Below are positions 57,805 through 64,000 of a DNA stretch of 64,000 nt, piece by piece. Position numbers and translations under genes: made by a program. The notes beneath the pieces are model-generated. The model searched no databases. It was not told where the DNA came from and saw nothing but the letters and a program-made list of their open reading frames with translations. The stretch lies in the NCBI GenBank assembly GCA_038209745.1, contig JBBQXJ010000002.1:30119-94118 (forward strand). Reading direction: 5' to 3'. The stretch is from Verrucomicrobiota bacterium (lineage in GTDB: Bacteria > Verrucomicrobiota > Verrucomicrobiia > Limisphaerales > CANJSG01). The stretch's first letter is position 1, and each line of letters opens with the position of its first letter.

Positions 57805-58854
57805 TCATGCGGACATGAGCCGGGTGAGGTCGCTGCAAAACTCGTCCACGTCTTCTGGTTGCGTGTCCCAGGAGCACATGAGTCGGCAGCCCCCTTTTCC
57901 GATGAAATTGTAGAAGATCCACCCCGAGACGTGCAGCCCGTCGATGACCGGCTTCGGAATTTCGACAAAGACCGCGTTGGCTTCTCTCGGGAACAGAAAC
58001 TGCACTCCGGGAATCGCCTTCACGCGCTCCTCCATCCGGGCGGCCATCTCGTTGGCGTGCCGCGCGTGCCGAAGCCAGACTCCGTCCTGCAGCATTCCGA
58101 CCCAGGGTGCGGCCAGGAACCGCATCTTGGAGCAAAGCTGGCCGGCCTGTTTGCAGCGATAGTCAAATTCCCGGGCGAGTTCCTTGTTGAAGAACACGAC
58201 TGCCTCTCCCACGGGAAGGCCGTTCTTGGTGCCACCGAAGCTCAGCACGTCGACTCCGACCTTCCACGTGATCTCCTTCGGAGCCAGCCCGAGCGCCGCA
58301 ACGGCGTTGGCGAACCTCGCGCCGTCCATGTGCAGTCTCAGTCCGTATTTCTTGCACTTGGCGCCGATTTCCTCGATCTCGGGAACAGAGTAGACCGTTC
58401 CAACTTCGGTGGACTGGGTCAGACTCACGACCTGGGGCTTCGGGTAATGGAGGTCGGTCCGTCTGGTGACGAGATCCGCAACGCCGTCCGGTGTGACCTT
58501 CCCGTTTTCGCCGCGCATCAACATCAGCTTGATGCCGTTGGAGAAGAACTGGGGAGCGCCGCATTCGTCGGTCTCGATGTGGGCCACTTCGTTGGCCACC
58601 ACGCTGTGGTAGGACTGGCACATATGGGCCAACGCCAGCGAATTGGCCGCCGTGCCGTTGAAGACGAAGAAGACCTCGCAGTAGGTTTCGAAGACGTCAC
58701 GGATCAGGTCCGTGGCGCGGCGGGTGTATTCGTCGTTGCCGTAGGCGGGGACGTGGCCGGAATTGGCCTGCGCCATTGCCGCCCAGGCCTCGGGACAGAT
58801 GCCGGCGTAGTTGTCGGATGCGAAATGACGGATCTTTTGGGAGTTCGTTGGCAT
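57805..58854 (-). CDS. ltaE: low-specificity L-threonine aldolase
   Basis: FASDNY, NGTAAN, AHIETDECGA, HMDGARFANA, SFGGTKNG. Confidence 0.93.
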   Translation of the reverse strand: MPTNSQKIRHFASDNYAGICPEAWAAMAQANSGHVPAYGNDEYTRRATDLIRDVFETYCEVFFVFNGTAANSLALAHMCQSYHSVVANEVAHIETDECGAPQFFSNGIKLMLMRGENGKVTPDGVADLVTRRTDLHYPKPQVVSLTQSTEVGTVYSVPEIEEIGAKCKKYGLRLHMDGARFANAVAALGLAPKEITWKVGVDVLSFGGTKNGLPVGEAVVFFNKELAREFDYRCKQAGQLCSKMRFLAAPWVGMLQDGVWLRHARHANEMAARMEERVKAIPGVQFLFPREANAVFVEIPKPVIDGLHVSGWIFYNFIGKGGCRLMCSWDTQPEDVDEFCSDLTRLMSA

Positions 58855-59388
58855 GGATGAAAGTGGAGTCGTCCCGATGATGAATGAACGCGCCTCGGTG
58901 CCCGACCGGTCAGTCTCTTTAGGGACCTTTTCTTTGCGATGTGCGGTGCCGTCGTTCCTCATCGGTGCAATCCATTTGAAAGAACCTTACACGGACACAC
59001 GCGGACTCCATCGGGACGCTCGAAGGATCACAAGCTGCAATGAAGAGCCTGGAAAACCAAGGCCTCGAATAGAGGGGTGGACAGGACGGCTCGAAATCAG
59101 GGGCTTTGAGACGAGAGGATGAAAATTTATTTGATCTGAAACCGTGTTTGGAACCCCGGACAGACGAAGAAAGAAAAAGGACCACCCCCCAAGACGACGG
59201 TTGGGCCTGACCCAACAGGCAGAATGCTCCATAGAAGACGAACAAAGCGATGGCGTTCATCCGCTCCGGCAGTCCAGTCGTGCCGCCCGCCAGAGCGGAC
59301 AAGATGATCAATCCTCCGATTGGCTTGGCCAGTGATTCGATGTCGTTGCCTCGTCTTCTCCTCATAGTGAAGGTGCGGGTAATAGCGT

Positions 59389-59510
59389 GTGCTGATCGAT
59401 TGCCAAGTTTGGACCGATTTCTCGCGCCTTCCGTCGTTGGCCGAAACCAAAAAGAAAGCCGAGGCTGGGGACGTGCAGTCCCAGTTCGAGTTGGGACGTA
59501 GTTTCTCCGC
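59389..59510 (+). pseudogene. SEL1-repeat protein fragment
   Basis: TKKKAEAGDVQSQFELG, interrupted by the IS remnant. Confidence 0.5.
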
Positions 59511-59514
59511 GACC

Positions 59515-59990
59515 CTCGAGAGTGGATCTGCCGCCAGCCGTGGCAGTCCAGTTTGCAAGGTTTGCCCCCTCCGGCCATCTCTGAAAATCTCCGGTTTGGA
59601 AATGCCTTCTCCCGGATTTCGGCCCACCTGTGTTCCTGCGGATTGAGTTCTGGCGCCTAGGCGGGGGAGGAGGAGCAGGCGGATGTTCTCCGGCACCACC
59701 AGCGCCTTGGCCACCTGCGAAGGTGCGTCATCTACGACCATGACGATGAAGTCTTGGTGGTGGGCGGCGCTGACTTGGGGCAGGAGGGCTCCCATCCATC
59801 CGGTGTTCATGGCCGGGGAAATCATCCAGTCCAGTTCTCCTTCCAGCGGACTGACGACCCCGTAAACATTTTGGAATTCACGTTCGTAGCCGTTGTCCAC
59901 CGCGGGACGTTTCGGGGCGGAAGCGGCGGACGGCTTCTGGCGGAAGGCGGCCTGAAGACGAGGCCCGGTGGCCCGGCCCACCCCCAAGGC
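59515..59990 (-). mobile_element. IS630-family transposase remnant
   Basis: YERE..VYGVVSPLEG..MVVDDAPS..VPENIRLLLLP then frameshifted *APELNPQEH.W.EIREK.FPNR: DDE_3 signature with stop and frameshifts. Confidence 0.85.
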
Positions 59991-60489
59991 GGCGGCGGTG
60001 GGTTCGAGCGTGGCCCCGAACTAAGCCGACAGGAGTAGCGCCAGACATGGCCGCAGAGATGCAAGGGTCGTGGTGATGGCACCTGTCAGCCGCGCCCGCT
60101 TTGCTGCGAGTGCGTCAAACCGGCGTGGTCTGGCCAGACCGACTTACTGCCATTGATCGCCTCAACTCGAAAGCGAATCAGAATTGAAGGCAGCCACAAG
60201 TGCTGTTCGAACCGGAACTGACCTGACCGATCACTCCCATGGTTAACGGGCAGAGGGCGAGCCATGTGGCGAGGTTCCGTTACTCCCATCCCCGGCAGTT
60301 TCGCTGGCATCTGGTTCTGCGTCTTTTCGTATGGGCTTTCGCAGAAGAAATGCAGAGCAAGGCGATTTCAATGGGAAAGCCTGCATCGTCGGAAGGGGCC
60401 TAGTTTCAAGGAGAGCCCCCTCGTATTCAGGAAGAGATGTCCGAAGTTACGGCCGTCCCGGTTCGCCGCCATCGTGGCAAACCAAAATC

Positions 60490-61482
60490 TCAGGGCGTCA
60501 GGGAAGCGGCGTAGGCGGCGAGCACGATCATGTCGTCGAGCGTGAGCTTTTCGACCGTTGGTTTCATCAGCGCGCTGCCGAGCCCGACCCGGGCTCCGTG
60601 CTTGAAGTCGTAGAGCTGCCTCAGGAGATAGCTCGGCGAGCGACCGGCGATGCCGGGGATCGGACCGATTCCTCTGAGATCGGGTCCATGACAGATGGCG
60701 CACTGGACAGTCCGGCCTTCTCCTCCCGAGCTGGCCAGGGCTTTGCCACGCTGGACGCTTCCGGTCGGAACGTAGGCGACGAAGCGGGCGCGCGAATCGC
60801 GGCTGGCAAACTGTTCCAGATCTTCCGGGACTTCGATGATCCGCTGGCCGGTCGGCTCCGTTTCGCCGTTCTTCAGATCGGTCAAATGCCATCCGTGGAT
60901 CCCGGTTTGCGGCACCGTGTTCGTCTCGACCACGCGGATGATCTGCTTCAGTTTCAAGCCGGAGAAATAGGCGGCGGCGGCCTCGACCTCCGCGGCCGTC
61001 ACTTCCTTGGAGAGCGCGATCATGGCTTTGGGCGGACCTCTTTGCGGAACGGAGGTTTTCCGGACGCCACTCTTGAAGTCGATCATCTGCTGGATGATGT
61101 AGGCGGCGGGAAGACCAGCCAGGCTGGTGTTTTCCGGTCCGCCGGTCCCTTCCGCCCGGTGGCAATAGCCGCAGGCGAGCACCCCGGGTCTCCGTCCGTG
61201 CGCGACGACGTCCGGCATCGGAGGGTGGTCGTCGGGATGCCAGTCCGGAGACAGGAAAGAGTCCCGCACCTGGCTGAGGGTGAACCCCAACTGGCTGTCG
61301 GGCACGCGCCGCAGCGTCCCGTCATCTTTTGGAGAAGCAAGTCCGGGCGGGTCGACGGGGTAGGCCCACGGCGGAGGAGCCACCGCGTTCGGGTCGGGGA
61401 CTTCCGCAGCCGGTGCCGGCATCGAAATCAACATGGCGCCAAGCAGCGTCAGCAGTCTTCCAATATCTCTCAGGTGGAACAT
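60490..61482 (-). CDS. di-heme c-type cytochrome (c4/c553-like)
   Basis: Signal peptide; CGYCH and CAICH; LAG..YI..Q..DFK.G.R repeated in both domains. Confidence 0.9.
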   Translation of the reverse strand: MFHLRDIGRLLTLLGAMLISMPAPAAEVPDPNAVAPPPWAYPVDPPGLASPKDDGTLRRVPDSQLGFTLSQVRDSFLSPDWHPDDHPPMPDVVAHGRRPGVLACGYCHRAEGTGGPENTSLAGLPAAYIIQQMIDFKSGVRKTSVPQRGPPKAMIALSKEVTAAEVEAAAAYFSGLKLKQIIRVVETNTVPQTGIHGWHLTDLKNGETEPTGQRIIEVPEDLEQFASRDSRARFVAYVPTGSVQRGKALASSGGEGRTVQCAICHGPDLRGIGPIPGIAGRSPSYLLRQLYDFKHGARVGLGSALMKPTVEKLTLDDMIVLAAYAASLTP

Positions 61483-61930
61483 CCACCGATTGAAAGACAG
61501 CCGGTCGAAATTTACAGCTCATTCCCGCCTTGGCATCTGGATAAAGACGGCGACCTGGTAGTCGAGCTTGCCCGAGCCATGAGACAAGGGGTGGCCCCTC
61601 CCGCCGCCTTCCAATGTCAGCCGGGTCGGCGCAGTGATATGGGGATGCTTGGTTCTGCGCTCGACGCGCTGAGCGGATAGCAAGGGTCGAGCGGCAGGTC
61701 GGCCCCACCGTTTCCAGGTAGCGAGGCGACCGGAGGGAGCGTCTCCATGTGGCGTGAATCGTCCGGGATTCTCCCTCTGCTCGCACCGCCTGCGGCGGTA
61801 GATAGGGACGTCTCGGCAACCCCCCCCTACCTCTGAGAAGCCGCCGTTCCTGCTCCGATCTTGGGGCTGGTTCCAAGATGTTCGTTGCCGGAAGAGGGTG
61901 GATCGGCTGAATTCGGAGTGTCGCCTCTCC

Positions 61931-62902
61931 ATGAAACACCTGCTTCTCCTCTTCGCCGGCCTCGTGATCCTCCTGCCTGTGGCCGACGCGGCAACGGGGG
62001 TCCAGATCTCGAGATTCACCCATGAGGGTTGGACCGACTGCGTGCGGATGAGCAACGCCGTGTCGGAGGTGCTGATCGTGCCCGAGATCGGCCGGGTCAT
62101 GCAGTTCCGGCTCAAAGGCGAGGAAAGCGTGTTCTGGGAGAACTTGGCGCTGCGGGGCAAGCCCCCGGATGCGAAGTCGAAGGACTGGTCGAACTTCGGG
62201 GGCGACAAGACCTGGCCGTCGCCGCAGGCGGATTGGCCCAAGGTCACGCGACGCGGGTGGCCGCCGCCGCCCGCCTTCGACCAAATGCCGGTGAAGGCGA
62301 CCACGCAGGGCTCGATCGTCACGCTGGCTTCGCCGGTCGATCCGTGGTTCGGCATTCAAACGACGCGCGTGCTGGAGTTGCATCCGACCGAGCCCCGCCT
62401 GACGATCCGAACGACCTACCACAAGGTCGAGGGCGCTCCCGTGAAGGCGGGTGTGTGGATCATCACCCAGCTGAAGGAACCGGCGCTGGTCGTGGTTCCG
62501 CTGCCGGAGAAGAGCCTTTTCGCCGGGGGATTTGATCGACAGTCGGGCGACAGCTTGCCGGCTGATCTAACGGTGTCCGATCGTCTGCTCTCGCTCCGCC
62601 GACATCCGACCAAGTCCAGCAAGGTGGGCACAGACGCCGAGACTCTGCTGTGGGTGGGAGACAAGACGATGGTGAGGATCGATTCTTCGCGGATGGCAGG
62701 CGCCGAGTATCCGGACAATGGCAGCAGCGCCGAGATCTACACCAACGGCGGCGAGGACTGGAAGTATGTTGAACTGGAGATGCTCGGGCCGTTGGCGACC
62801 TTGAAACCCGGCGACACGCTCGCGCAGACGAACTCCTACACGCTCTTCCGTCGCGAGTTGCCAGATCCGATGGCCGACGCGAAGCGGGTGCTGGGTCGGT
62901 GA
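61931..62902 (+). CDS. secreted hypothetical protein (DUF4380/galactose mutarotase-like)
   Basis: Signal peptide; VPEIGRVM, NFGGDKTWPSPQ, YPDNG..AEIY, YVELE.LGP. Confidence 0.7.
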   Translation: MKHLLLLFAGLVILLPVADAATGVQISRFTHEGWTDCVRMSNAVSEVLIVPEIGRVMQFRLKGEESVFWENLALRGKPPDAKSKDWSNFGGDKTWPSPQADWPKVTRRGWPPPPAFDQMPVKATTQGSIVTLASPVDPWFGIQTTRVLELHPTEPRLTIRTTYHKVEGAPVKAGVWIITQLKEPALVVVPLPEKSLFAGGFDRQSGDSLPADLTVSDRLLSLRRHPTKSSKVGTDAETLLWVGDKTMVRIDSSRMAGAEYPDNGSSAEIYTNGGEDWKYVELEMLGPLATLKPGDTLAQTNSYTLFRRELPDPMADAKRVLGR

Positions 62903-62988
62903 GCGATCGTCGACGCGCGCGGACTGAAGGCGGAAGTGGAGAACGGCCCGGTCGTGATCTGGGAGGATCGGAAGTGAGGGGCAACTGC

Positions 62989-63324
62989 CTAAAGCGGGCC
63001 CATCGTGTTGTCGTCGATCCATTCCAGATACCGCTCGTTGCCTCCGGCCAGCGGCAGGACGACGAACTCCGGCGTGTCATACGGATGCGAGGCCAGCACG
63101 GCGGCTTCGAGCGCGGCCAGATGGCCCTTCCGTGTCTTCATCATCAGCAGAACCTCGGCGCTCTTCTCCAACTTGCCCTGCCACCAATAGTGCGACTCCA
63201 GCTTTGGAACCAGGTTCGCGCAGGCCACCAACTGGGCGGTGAGCGCCGCCTTGGCCAAGGCGCGGGCCGTTTTCAGGTTCGGCAAGGTGACCAGCACGAT
63301 CACATGGCGGGCGGTGGCTTTCAT
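62989..63324 (-). CDS. cutA: divalent-cation tolerance protein CutA
   Basis: LVACAN, S.YWWQG, E.LLMMKT, HPYDTPE, YLEW. Confidence 0.95.
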   Translation of the reverse strand: MKATARHVIVLVTLPNLKTARALAKAALTAQLVACANLVPKLESHYWWQGKLEKSAEVLLMMKTRKGHLAALEAAVLASHPYDTPEFVVLPLAGGNERYLEWIDDNTMGPL

Positions 63325-63360
63325 CCGACCGAGTGGCTATCCGAACGACCACCGTCGGGC

Positions 63361-63571
63361 AAATCCGAAGTCCTGACAGTTTTTGTGGCACCGGGCGTCT
63401 CGCCTGCTGTAGCGGGTGGCCATTAGCCCGCCGGTCAAGGTCGTGGTTGGACAAGGGACTTCTTGGGGGCCAGTGGATTTCTATTCGGCGGGGCGGGACG
63501 CCGGCCCTCTATGGCAGGCGAGACGCCCGCCGCTTCCCATTTTCGGCCTTTGGCCTTGGAACTTCGGATTT
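63361..63571. repeat. nested palindromic elements: outer AAATCCGAAGT IR, inner REP-like doublet
   Basis: Outer 63361-63371 / 63561-63571 (11-bp IR with TTCGG/TTTGG heptamer-like units); inner CGGGCGTCTCGCCTGC 63392-63407 / 63514-63529 (16-bp perfect IR). Confidence 0.75.
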
Positions 63572-63645
63572 CCTGGCCGTGGCCGAGCTTCGTCTGAACA
63601 TCTTTTCAGTTCCCGTGTCTGTCTTTCCGTAACTATCTTGCGCCC

Positions 63646-64000
63646 ATGAATTCCGGCATCACTGCCATCAACGACGAAGTCGAACGGGTTTCCGCCTTTG
63701 TTCGACCGCTTTTCAACGAAATGAGCCAGGTGATCGTCGGCCAGACCTATCTGGTCGAGCGCCTCGTCATCGGCCTGCTGGCCAATGGCCACGTCCTGCT
63801 GGAGGGCGTGCCCGGTCTGGCCAAGACGCTGGCCGTCAAATCGCTCGCCCAATGCTTGAGCGTGAAGTTCTCCCGGCTCCAGTTCACCCCCGACCTGCTG
63901 CCGGCCGACCTCATCGGCACCCAGATCTACAATCCCCAGAGCGGCGACTTCACCACCCGGCGCGGCCCCGTCTTCGCCAACATCGTGCTGGCCGACGAAA
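63646..64000 (+). CDS. MoxR family AAA+ ATPase (partial, runs off the right edge)
   Basis: Hand translation: VIVGQ..GHVLLEGVPGLAKT..RLQFTPDLLPADLIGT..GPVFANIVLADE. Confidence 0.93.
   Translation, partial: MNSGITAINDEVERVSAFVRPLFNEMSQVIVGQTYLVERLVIGLLANGHVLLEGVPGLAKTLAVKSLAQCLSVKFSRLQFTPDLLPADLIGTQIYNPQSGDFTTRRGPVFANIVLADE

Noticed and set aside
61500-61720. Alpha/beta hydrolase C-terminal remnant on the minus strand (HITAPT..GH..)
   Set aside because: Too short and degenerate to call.

Overview
GC-rich bacterial chromosomal window, most likely Verrucomicrobiota (Pedosphaera/Limisphaera-like). This assignment is inferred from a PEP-CTERM protein, WPQFLGP-type PQQ propeller, sulfatase, duplicated ABC-2 permease family and the repeat types. 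It is mostly housekeeping and envelope genes: recQ (with a 1-nt frameshift), rnhA, hisG, coaD, gluQ, grpE-dnaJ, an RND pump, dtd, tal, ltaE, cutA and a partial moxR. It also carries a rhamnose aldolase/dehydrogenase with a DeoR regulator, a VapBC pair and a sigma-28 fliC-fliD locus preceded by a decayed flagellin copy. No rRNA, tRNA or CRISPR array was found. Items worth follow-up: (i) a co-oriented six-gene minus-strand block (AttE/F-G/H-like ABC + lipocalin, a DUF2723/TMEM260-like TPR membrane protein lacking the usual acidic motif, GT4, WecA-like transferase); (ii) a divergent pair of small related GQxWK proteins, one with a histone-like KTPVVV tail; (iii) a Kup/KimA-like transporter fused to a USP domain; (iv) a multi-hairpin, six-GGA flagellin leader; (v) two dead RAYT transposases and several REP/palindrome classes, twice nested inside other elements; (vi) an unlisted 33-aa bS22/mS38-like protein; (vii) many internally collapsed pseudogenes. 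All family assignments are from motif recognition by eye; no database search was run.
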